From Welwitschia mirabilis (Eukaryota), in contig JBOZIK010000001.1 in the NCBI GenBank assembly GCA_051453625.1, positions 8,300,784 to 8,334,705 on the forward strand: a stretch of DNA of 33,922 bases, written 5' to 3'. Each line of letters begins with the position of its first letter. The first letter of the stretch is position 1. The notes beneath the pieces are model-generated. The model saw only the letters and a list, made by a program, of their open reading frames with translations, did no database searches and was not told where the DNA came from. Below, one piece after another: positions 23,101 through 33,922 of the stretch. The translations under genes and the position numbers were made by a program.

Positions 23101-25399
23101 TTTTTGAATGAAAAATATTTCTTAATAATCAAAGGAAATAGCAAATATGGTAGAAGTTGAAGATAGAACAATCGTTTCCCTATTTTGTATCATACATTGC
23201 TGAAATTGACTAAGGACGAAATTGTTTTCTACATTCTCCACCTAATCTTCACTCTTAGATTTAAGGGATTTTATAGTTTTTGAATGTCATTAGATTTAAT
23301 GGCTATTGTATTATAACTTGAATAGATTCATAATTGATGAAGTTGGGATTAGTTAGAATTATTCAGGCCATTACAAAAATTGCAGTGCTGCCATGGCCAG
23401 GAGCTTGAAAATGCTCTTCTAAGGGGAAAAAATTATTGAATTTTTTTAAGGGCATAAGCATAGGAAACTGCTATTGTATTTAGATCATACTTATTAATTT
23501 TTTATCATAGTTAATTTTCATCTTTGGTCATTCAAGTANNNNNNNNNNNNAGTACTTACTTCTTTAGAAGAAAAGAAGGCATGGATTTTGCATTTCAGAA
23601 TCCCATACATCTTGATGGCAGAATAAAGAAATCAAGAGGCACAAAGAGCATTTGTGCAAACTCATTATTATTTGAAGACAAAATGATGAAGGACTTCATT
23701 TTTTTAAGCTATGTAGAAATAATCAAGATCTGAAATAGAAACTGATGAGACTTAATCACTGAAGAATAGGATAATAAGAACAATCTTATCTCCTTTAAGT
23801 CAACATCCTTAATAATGTAATGATAGGTCTACAAAATCTTATCAAAGCCTTATCCTTGTGAAATTAAGCTTTGGACAAAGTTTGTGGAATATCAAAATAA
23901 AAGCTGCTCTTTCTCTATGATTTCTGATATAACTCTTGAAAATACCAACCAATATTCTAACCATGCATAGATCAAGTGTTATTATGTGACATACAACAAC
24001 ATATAGAAAGCATAGATCCATCTTAAGCTCTTACATTACATCTACATCAAATTCAGAGGCAGTACAGATCCATCTCAGCCATCTACAACAAATTCAAAAG
24101 CTACACAGATCTAGGTTTTAATTTTTCTCTTGTTCAATTAACTTGTANNNNNNNNNNNNNNNNNNNNNNNATTAGAAACAAAATAAAAAGGTTTGCTATA
24201 TGTACTCATTTAATTTCTAGTGTGAATTTCAAGTTTTCATTAGAAAGATAAATAATTTAAGCAGCCATCATATGTATTCTTAATTGCATATCAATTGAAA
24301 ATAAGAATAGTTTTATTTTATGATACTTTCACAATAACTACTATCATACACTTTCGTAAAGTAGGAGGGTTTGAATTTTGATGAATCTTTTTGATATGTT
24401 TCATTTATAATCATGGGTTACTTGAGCTTTCATTTGATAGTAGAGTCATGCAGGGTAATTAGTTTTAACCACTAGCCTTGTATTACTCAAGAATTCTGTC
24501 ATGATAATCTAGGCTTCATGCTAGTTTACTACCCAGTTATTTTATCTAATTGTTGTTAAATCTTTGGTCTAAAATCTTGATAAGTTTTAAGAGAATTATT
24601 TGAAAATATTTTTTGTTATTGACAAATTCCTATTCAACTCTAAAACAAAATTTTCATTTATGTCTCATCTAATGTCATAAAAATTTAACTTTTGTATTCT
24701 GGTACATAAATTATGATAGCATTTCAAGTACATGTTACATGATAATTTTATTATATCTTTGATAAAATTTCTATATAAATATAATCCCTTTAAAGCTCTA
24801 TTATTGATTTCATAGTTGAATCCTATCGACATCTACTGTCAAATTCTTAAAAAGTTTTTTTTTTAACAATTCTTTTATAGATCTAAATGATTTTTGTGCA
24901 CAAAATCTTAGTAAACTTCATAAATCTGAAAGTTTCTTTTGCAATTTGTTTTGGCTCTTTTGTATTTGTCTATAGAAGCTCTTAATTATTAAATTATAGA
25001 CTCATTAAAATTTAGGACAAAATATTGATAAAGAAAACTGCAAAGTAACCATTTTAGGCATACTAGAAAAATTTACAGACTAATTAGCCCATTTTAATGC
25101 ACATTTGGTTCTTGCAATTCACATCTAATTCATATCAACTTTTTATAATCCTATTCAAGTCCTGATCTAATTCTTGTCTAAGTCTTGATAAGCTCTTGAC
25201 TTCCAATTCATGTTTAGTTCTTAATCTTGTACTATTTTTGATAAATTCTAGTTTACACATTTGTGCATCAAATATTTAACAAACTCTTTATTGCTCATTG
25301 ATCTTATTTTACAAATTTCTGATAATTGACTCCTTCCTATATACATTTTGATTTACTTCTTTTTATTCAAGTTGTGCTATAAACATGGGTAAGGTCAAC

Positions 25400-26000
25400 A
25401 TTCCCTAATTTGATGTTGAAGCATTTGAGGTCTGAAAAAGAAGAATGGAGAACTACCTCAAATCTAAAGGACTTCAAGATTATACAAAAGTTGATTTTGC
25501 TTATGAAAAACCTAAAGATGATATAAGAGATTATGATGACTATAGGAAGGAAAACTGTAAGGCTATGATAATTATTATTCATGCATGCCTAATTGTGAGT
25601 TTAATAAAATTAGAAATTTGAATCAACTTATAAATTATGGAGAGGTTTAAATGAAGTGAACCAAAGGCATGAAAATGTGAAGGCCATTAGGTTGTAAAAC
25701 CTTAGAATCCAATTTAACAACATAAAAATGAAAGGCAATGAAAATGTATAATTCTACATNNNNNNNNNNAGGAATAAAGACATAGTTAAAAAGGATGCAA
25801 GATTTAGATTATAAAGTAAAAAACAATGATGATGTCTTCAAATCTTAAGATTCCTCATAAACCATTTAAACCCATATCCATTACCCTCCATAATGTCTTA
25901 GACTTAAGAACTCTCTCTCTTGAAGAACTTACTAGTAGACTTATCCAATATGAGCTCATCCTTAAGGAAGATGAGGAAGAAAATGCTATTAGAATTTTAT
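25400..26000 (+). pseudogene. gag: Copia gag remnant (N-terminus plus UBN2-like region)
   Basis: P*FDVEAFEV*KRRMENYLKSKGL; EFNKIRNL..KLWRGLNEVNQRHENVKAIRL*NLRIQFNNIKMKGNE; FKPISITLHNVLDLRTLSLEELTSRLIQYE (ORF 25826-26017). Confidence 0.85.
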
Positions 26001-26049
26001 TTTTCCAATTGATGTGATCTTTATAGAATGAAAAATTATTTCATAGATT

Positions 26050-27114
26050 CAAGAAATTGCAAGATCTATATCCAAAAGATTTTGATTAAAGTAACTTGAG
26101 TTTTTTTCTAAGGACTTAAAGTAGGAATTGATCAAACTTGGAACTATTCATTTTGGGCTCTTCCATATTGGATCAACTAGATTTTTAAGAGGTCAGTTGG
26201 ACCTAGAGATGCATTTTTAAGCTTTCCCATATATACTATGTCCTATGGGGTCGACCAGACTCATGTGGTGGACCAAACCTAAAGAAAAGCTGTTGACTAG
26301 ATTTTAGATGGGGGCGACTAGACCAAGTAATATGAGTTACTTAGGTTGATCCAATGATAAAGGAAGCAATCAGATCAAGTGACATGAGTTACTTAGGTCG
26401 ACTAAATGTTTAAGGGGTTAATTGATCAGTGCAACAATGGAAATTTTAAAGTGATTTTCTAATTATTACTTCATTAAATCTATTTGTTGCAAATGTCAGA
26501 TTCCTTCCTAACTACCTAAATGGTTATATTTTGGGAAAACTTATAAATAAGAGGTAGGGCTTAACATTTAAATGGATTTTTGAAAAGGAAGGGTACACTC
26601 TAGATCTGAAGGGTTTATCTTTATACTATGATTCTTATCTCACTCAGCACTTACCTTTGTGCTAAATATGAGCAATAAGGCTCCATTGTTAGTTCTTTTA
26701 TTTGAGTGACTTAGAGAATAGAGTCTTCATTTCCTTACTCATCATTATGCATTTTCTGACGGTTGAGGCTAAGCCTACAAAAGTGCATTTATGAAGGTTG
26801 AGATTTAGCTTGAAAAAGTCCACTTTATAAGGTGGAAGGTTAGCCTTAAAAACTTGGTGCATAATGATGCAACAAAGATCTAGAATAGTCTTGGTTATTG
26901 ACTATCTTCTAAGAGTGGAGTAGGATGTATCTTGAACCACTATAAATCTTATCTTATGCATTTCTTTGATTTTACTTATGAGTTTTTTTATAATATGTTT
27001 TTATGTCATAATTTCTTTATTAGGTAGTAATAATTAATTAAATTTAATAGAAGTCCTAATCACCCTTTTCCCCTTCCACCCCCTCCCCCCCTTTTAGTGT
27101 TCTCGATCCTATCA
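26050..27114 (+). repeat. SIRE-type LTR (3' or solo-like; no PBS follows)
   Basis: GGTCGAC(C/T)A-type palindrome cluster at ~26125-26430; AATGGTTATATTTT...TATAAATA at ~26519-26549; characteristic end CCTAATCACCC...TAGTGTTCTCGATCCTATCA at 27114. The start is approximate. Confidence 0.75.
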
Positions 27115-27199
27115 AAAATAACTTGTGGAGTTGAAGAATTTATACATGTTAAATTAAATGGCTCAAAATGAGATGATTTATTCTTAAGCAAATATGATG

Positions 27200-29150
27200 A
27201 AGACATTGTTAGAATTTTTATGTCCAAAATGCATGATCATCCATCAACGTAAAAATGAAATGAAATAGAGAACATAGGAAAATTCTTATCTTTCCCTCTT
27301 TAGATAAGATAGATAATCCTCAAGAAAATGTTTTAAGTGATATAGAACATGGAACATTTACAAAAAGTGGAAAACACATATGTCATAATTATTTTATGTT
27401 TTTTAATCTTTTCTAAAACCTAAGATATTCCAAGAAAGATAACATGATAAACCTTATTTATTTATAATGCAAGAAGTATTAAATTAGTTTGAATACAATA
27501 GACTCTGAAATTTAGCTCCTATCATAGAAATAAATTGACTATTTAAGCATAAAAAGAATAAAAATCATAATATAATTTAGAATAAGGTAAGATTAGTAGC
27601 ACAAGATTATAGTCAATAAGGTTAAGAGTTTGTGCCTCTCCTATGTCACCATCTTGCTCATGTTTCTTGCTAGAGGCTTTCTTCAAAGAGGGTGATTTTG
27701 NNNNNNNNNNNNNNNNNNNNNNNNNNNNNNNNNNNNNNNNNNNNNNNNNNNNNNNNNNNNNNNNNNNNNNNNNNNNNNNNNNNNNNNNNNNNNNNNNNNN
27801 TAAAAGAAGTAAAACATGACAAGGAAGAAGAAAAGGAGGACTTAACCAAACTAATAAAATATTTTACTATTAGTTTACAAAAGCATACACAAATAATAGT
27901 TGATGAAAAGGTGGTAAAGAATGAAAACTCAACTTTAAATTGTGAAATTTGTAAAAATAACTCTCATCCAATAAAATAATGCCTTTTATTACCAACTTGT
28001 AAGAGAAAGATGTTTGAGGAAGTGTGTGCCTTCAACCAAAGGGCACCTAACTTTAAAAATAAGCCACAATTTCAACAAAGTTAGGTGGACAATCTCATCG
28101 AAACCATTTGAAAGTAGATTTAAGAATTCCAACTTTTAACCTAATTTTCAGCAAAATCAGAATGATTCACTTAGAGAATTCATAGAAGAGATGAGAACAA
28201 TACAAGAGAAAACTAATAACAACATTGAAAAGATTAATAACAATATTGAAAACTTAGTAAATGTGTTTTAATGAATAATTCTTACCAACTAAAAATCATA
28301 AGGGTCTATTACATCTCAACCAATGCCCAAACCAAATGAAGTTAGAAGAGATTTAAAAATAGTGATAAGAAGTGNNNNNNNNNNCCTCCTACTCATGAAG
28401 TTTTAACTTCTAAAAATAATGAAATAAATGAGGAAGATTATGTGGAGATTTTAGATTCATACAACCTTCCATCAACATCATCTACTAAGGCCTTCACTAA
28501 AACTAATTCATAAGAAAACAAAGGAAAGAAACCATCCACCCCTTGGCTTGATAGATTGAATACAGATCCTATCTTTGATGAACACCTGAAGGCCTTAATA
28601 CAAGAGGTTAACATCAACCTACCTTTTTATAAAATCTTGCAAGAAAATCTTAAATATTCTAAGTTATGGAAAGATTTAGTAAGAAGAAAGAAAAAATGTA
28701 TCATTCCTAGCAAAGTTTTTCTTGTCCAATCTCTTTTCAACTTAGTCATGTAAAAATGTCCTNNNNNNNNNNNNNNNNNNNNNNNNNNNNNNNNNNNNNN
28801 NNNNNNNNNNNNNNNNNNNNNNNNNNNNNNNNNNNNNNNNNNNNNNNNNNNNNNNNNNNNNNCATCCATCCCTTAGCTTGATAGATTGAATATAGATCCT
28901 ACCTTTGATGAATACCTAAAGGCTTTAATGCAAGAGGTCAGCATCAACCTACCTTTTTGGAAAATCTTACAAGAAAATCCTAAATATTCTAAGTTATGGA
29001 AAGATTAGTAAGAAGAAAGAAAAATGTATCATTACTAGCAAAGTTTTTCTTGCCCAATCTCTTTTCAAATTAGTCATGTAAAAATGTCATAAATTCAAAG
29101 ACCCTAATGGTGCAACTATAAGTGTTACCTTAAAAGGAAATAAAAAAATT
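27200..29150 (+). pseudogene. gag: Athila-like gag remnant
   Basis: CEICKNNSHPIK*C (~27941-27982), TSQPMPKPN...IVIRS (~28310-28374; cf. PSQP.PNP..ITLRSG), EVNINLPFYKILQENLKYSKLWKDL (cf. INIPLLDAIKQVPKYAKFLKDL). The part before 27700 is very degenerate. Confidence 0.75.
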
Positions 29151-29159
29151 TGAAAAGCT

Positions 29160-31552
29160 TTGATTGACATAGAAGTAAGTGTAAATATCATTTCTCTCTA
29201 CATATGTAAAAGACTTGGATTAGAAAATAGAGTTGAACTCACACTAATCATCTTGGAATTAGCTGATACCTCAATCAAGAAATCATTAAGAATTGACAAA
29301 GACCTAGTTATCCAAATTGAGGAATCTTTTTATCCCATAGATGTTGTCATAATTGAGATAGAACATGATGGAGGATATCACTACTTTTAGAAAGAGCCTT
29401 TTGCACAACTGTTCATTGCATCATTGACACACAGTCTGGAATGATGAGATACTATTTTGACAAAAAACAAATTACCATTAGAGTTTTTAATGCTATTGAA
29501 AAAGACATAGGAACTGAGTTTAACTTTGAAGATGAATTGAAATTAACCTTATTTTTATAACATCAACTAGTTAAAGAGAGATTAATCATGCTACATAAAC
29601 TAACTTTGTATGATGACCCCACTGAAACAAATTGTCTTGTGTTTGAGGATGAAAAACATAGAGAATGGGAAGATAGTCAACATATGTACTTGATGAAAAA
29701 AGTTTTTGAGGGTTGTTGTCCCATCTATTGTGGGGAATTATCCTAAGGATTAAAATACATTTTTCATTCTGAAAATCATATAAAACTTTTAATAATCAAT
29801 AACCTTCTCACTCCTCAATAAGAATCTGATTCTATCTCACTCTTAAATTTGAAGAAAAATACCTTTGTTTGGACACATAAAGACTTAGATACCATTCCTC
29901 TTTTCATAGTTTAACATAAAATCTACCTTGAAGATAATGCTAAACCTATTAGTTAATCCTAAAGAAGACTAAATATAGCCCTTATACAAATTGTTAAAGA
30001 TGAAATCATTAAACTTATGGATGCTAGAATTATATATGCCATATCCAATAGTGAATGGGTTAGTCCTTTAATAGTAGTTTCAAAGAAGTAAGAAAAATGA
30101 AGAATGTGCATTGATTTTAGAAAACTTAATGAGATCACTAAAAAAGATCATTTCTCTTTACCTTTTCTTAATCAAGTACTTGATAGAATCCAAGGTTATG
30201 CCTACTATTATTTCCTTGATGTATTTAGTGGCTATAATCAGATTCATATAGCAAGTGAAGGCCAAGCTAAAAACACTTTCACCTCTTCCTTTGGAACTTT
30301 TTCTTTTAAACAAATGCCTTTTACTTTGCAATGCCCTTGAAACCTTTCAATGAGCCATGATGGGAATATTTTTTTGATATGATAAAAGACCATATTGAAA
30401 TTTTTATGGATGACTTCTTCATCTTTGATGATACTTTTGAATAAACTATAGTGATATTAGAGAAAGTTCTAGATCAATGTATTGAGAACGGATTACATTT
30501 AAATTGGAAAAAGAGTTTTCTCCTTGTCCAATATGGAATTGTTTTAGGTCATTACATTTTAAAAGAAGGGATTAGAATGGATTCCACAAAAGTGGATATT
30601 ATTAAAAATCTTAATCCTCTAACTAATATCAAATAAGTTAGATTTTTCCTTAGTTATGCTAGTCTTTGTTAATGATTCAGTTATGATTATGCTAAAATTT
30701 ATAAACCCCTTCACTCCTTACTTGAAAAAGATGTTAAATTCAATTAGGACAACTTGCATTTAAAACCCTCAAAGAAAACATTTCTTTTAGACCTATTATC
30801 ATAGGTCCTGATTGGAGTAGAGACTTTAAACTTTTTTGTGATGCAAGTAACATTACTGTAGGGTGGGGTTCTTAGCTAAAAATATGAAAATGGTTTCAAA
30901 GTCATATCTTATTATAGTGAAACTTTATCAAGTACCCAATTTAACTACACTACCACTAAGAAATAAATGCTTGCCGTTATCTTTTTCTTATATCATCTTT
31001 AATATTATCTTCTTGATTTTCATATCAATGTTTACACAGACCATGCAGCAATCTTCTATTTCATGACTAAAAAAGACTCTACTGCTAGACTTATTAGGGG
31101 GATCCTTATAATGTAAGAATTTAATATTACCATCATTAATAAGTTTAAAAAACATAACAGTGTTGCTGATCATCTTTCTTGGCCTTTTTACTCCCATGAT
31201 AAAACTCCCATTAATGACTACTTTCTTAATGAACAACTCTTTACAATTAAACAACTATATTCTATCTCATCTTATCATCTCACTCCTTAGTATGTTAACA
31301 TCATGAATTACCTTATGACTATAAAAAATCTTTAGAATTAGAATTATAACCAATGAAAAACTTTTTTCCTTATGATTGGTGACTATGAATGGAATGAACC
31401 CCATCTTTATAGATGTTGCAAAGAGACAATTAAGTGTAAATGTGTATCTGAATGTGAAACCTTAGAAATATTAAAACTTTATCATGGTGAGGTATATAAA
31501 GGACACTTTAGTGGTAAAAAGATCACTATGAAAACTTTTTACACTAATTTTT
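29160..31552 (+). pseudogene. pol: Athila-like Ty3/gypsy pol pseudogene: PR-RT-RNase H-integrase start, truncated by a gap
   Basis: PR LIDIEVSVNIISL..KRLGL (cf. DLGASVNLMP); RT CIDFRKLNEITKKDHFSLPFLNQVLDR..YYFLDVFSGYNQI and FMDDF (~30403); RH CDASN (~30837); INT zinc-finger region KCVSECETLEILKLYH..GHFSG (ORF from 31372). Gypsy domain order, many stops. Confidence 0.95.
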
Positions 31553-32455
31553 NNNNNNNNNNNNNNNNNNNNNNNNNNNNNNNNNNNNNNNNNNNNNNNN
31601 NNNNNNNNNNNNNNNNNNNNNNNNNNNNNNNNNNNNNNNNNNNNNNNNNNNNNNNNNNNNNNNNNNNNNNNNNNNNNNNNNNNNNNNNNNNNNNNNNNNN
31701 NNNNNNNNNNNNNNNNNNNNNNNNNNNNNNNNNNNNNNNNNNNNNNNNNNNNNNNNNNNNNNNNNNNNNNNNNNNNNNNNNNNNNNNNNNNNNNNNNNNN
31801 NNNNNNNNNNNNNNNNNNNNNNNNNNNNNNNNNNNNNNNNNNNNNNNNNNNNNNNNNNNNNNNNNNNNNNNNNNNNNNNNNNNNNNNNNNNNNNNNNNNN
31901 NNNNNNNNNNNNNNNNNNNNNNNNNNNNNNNNNNNNNNNNNNNNNNNNNNNNNNNNNNNNNNNNNNNNNNNNNNNNNNNNNNNNNNNNNNNNNNNNNNNN
32001 NNNNNNNNNNNNNNNNNNNNNNNNNNNNNNNNNNNNNNNNNNNNNNNNNNNNNNNNNNNNNNNNNNNNNNNNNNNNNNNNNNNNNNNNNNNNNNNNNNNN
32101 NNNNNNNNNNNNNNNNNNNNNNNNNNNNNNNNNNNNNNNNNNNNNNNNNNNNNNNNNNNNNNNNNNNNNNNNNNNNNNNNNNNNNNNNNNNNNNNNNNNN
32201 NNNNNNNNNNNNNNNNNNNNNNNNNNNNNNNNNNNNNNNNNNNNNNNNNNNNNNNNNNNNNNNNNNNNNNNNNNNNNNNNNNNNNNNNNNNNNNNNNNNN
32301 NNNNNNNNNNNNNNNNNNNNNNNNNNNNNNNNNNNNNNNNNNNNNNNNNNNNNNNNNNNNNNNNNNNNNNNNNNNNNNNNNNNNNNNNNNNNNNNNNNNN
32401 NNNNNNNNNNNNNNNNNNNNNNNNNNNNNNNNNNNNNNNNNNNNNNNNNNNNNNN

Positions 32456-33922
32456 NTATTTATAACAACATACAACAAAAAAAGACAAATGGTAGATGTA
32501 GAAAGGCATACTCCTTTACAACTCAAGAACAGATGAAATGGTCAAGGATAGCTGTCAAAGTCACTTACATGTTAGTGTCACCAGACTATTATCTGGACAA
32601 TAAGGGGGATGACAACACATTATAAAATATAACTTTGATTAATAACTCATTGGTAATTTAATGGTCCACATCAGTAGTTATCGTCTTGCATGTTGTGGGG
32701 ATGACAGAGGGGACCATGATCTTCTTTGATGATTTCCTTTAAAGAGAACTTACCATTTTTGTCATTAATCCTTTTTCAAGGCTCTACGCATTAAAAAGTA
32801 TCCTTAATACATTAAATTTGGATAAGAATCAAACTTTTCTGAGATTTTCTCTTGTGTCTCTAAGAATCCTCATAATTGTGCCTAAACCTGTATAAAATCT
32901 TTACAAAACAACTCATAAAACCCCATAAAATAACCTTAAATTGGTAGAATAACATAACCCCCTCATTTAACCTTTATCANNNNNNNNNNNNNNNNNNNNN
33001 NNNNNNNNNNNNNNNNNNNNNNNNNNNNNNNNNNNNNNNNNNNNNNNNNNNNNNNNNNNNNNNNNNNNNNNNNNNNNNNTCCATAATAAAAACTAGGTGG
33101 AAAAATCATAATTGCGAGCCAATTTGTTTTTTAAAAGATAAATCTTAAAATTATAAAATAAGCTTATAAAACACATCACATGAATAAATAACAAGTAATG
33201 CATAATGTATATGAAAATTTTGGAAATTTTATATTATAAAAGATCTAAATTAAGTTAAAAATTTTTAAAAATAAGCCATGAAAATAGGTCTCTACACCCA
33301 AAGAAAAAGCAATANNNNNNNNNNNNNNNNNNNNNNNNNNNNNNNNNNNNNNNNNNNNNNNNNNNNNNNNNNNNNNNNNNNNNNNNNNNNNNNNNNNNNN
33401 NNNNNNNNNNNNNNNNNNNNNNNNNNNNNNNNNNNNNNNNNNNNNNNNNNNNNNNNNNNNNNNNNNNNNNNNNNNNNNNNNNNNNNNNNNNNNNNNNNNN
33501 NNNNNNNNNNNNNNNNNNNNNNNNNNNNNNNNNNNNNNNNNNNNNNNNNNNNNNNNNNNNNNNNNNNNNNNNNNNNNNNNNNNNNNNNNNNNNNNNNNNN
33601 NNNNNNNNNNNNNNNNNNNNNNNNNNNNNNNNNNNNNNNNNNNNNNNNNNNNNNNNNNNNNNNNNNNNNNNNNNNNNNNNNNNNNNNAAAAGATAGCTCA
33701 CCAATCTAATATTTTAATCTATCAGACTCCCATGAAATAAATTATATCACTTGATGTGAAAAATACATGACATTTTATACAAAAATTCCATTCAATAAGG
33801 TAGTAATTATAATGATTCTAGAGTAAAATACTTTAAAAGATGAATGATCAGATCAAAGAATTACTCAAAAATGAACTCTTCTACTATCATCTCAAAACAA
33901 ACATTCAAATATCAAGAAATGA
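32456..33922. other. Unassigned AT-rich, probably retrotransposon-derived non-coding sequence
   Basis: Composition resembles the Athila leader/LTR elsewhere in the window. No diagnostic motif; fragmented by gaps. Confidence 0.2.

Noticed and set aside
24690..24720. Possible tRNA-Met PBS upstream of the 25400 gag
   Set aside because: Only TGGTA matches TGGTATCAGAGC and no LTR end is recognisable next to it.
26125..26430. Spaced palindromic repeats resembling a CRISPR array
   Set aside because: Short, irregularly spaced, inside a eukaryotic LTR, and with no cas genes.
32598..32620. AAGGGGGA followed by TGACAAC as PPT plus 3' LTR start of the 27-31 kb gypsy element
   Set aside because: Separated from pol by a gap, no matching LTR in the window, and the motif is too short to call.
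1..33922. A novel multi-gene biological system
   Set aside because: No intact coding sequence is present. All recognisable protein motifs belong to known gag/pol families, and I cannot identify the species from the sequence.

Overview
Gappy, very AT-rich, strongly CpG-depleted plant-type genomic scaffold made almost entirely of old, nested and degenerate LTR retrotransposons. I found no intact gene, RNA gene or CRISPR array. Left to right: (1) an Athila-like Ty3/gypsy element on the minus strand (gag remnant ~1-1850, tRNA-Asp-type PBS 3034-3051, LTR ~3057-4589); (2) a plus-strand block of the same lineage that reads as LTR-internal-LTR-internal-LTR (~5434-13300); (3) a SIRE/Maximus-like Ty1/copia element on the minus strand (~13340-18422) with protease fused directly to RT and no integrase; (4) a SIRE-like gag remnant (~20000-21130), partly duplicated across a gap, with the second copy abutting a younger LTR-like end; (5) a CpG-retaining island (~22120-23100), possibly a LINE 5'/ORF1 fragment; (6) a plus-strand copia gag joined directly to a SIRE-type LTR (~25400-27114); (7) a plus-strand Athila-like gag-PR-RT-RH-INT pseudogene (~27200-31552). 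Many gaps are flanked by slightly diverged duplicates, probably haplotype or assembly redundancy. All long ORFs in the supplied track are artefacts of reading through N runs. I cannot support a novel biological system here; the best leads are structural. All alignments, translations and boundaries were done by eye and are approximate.
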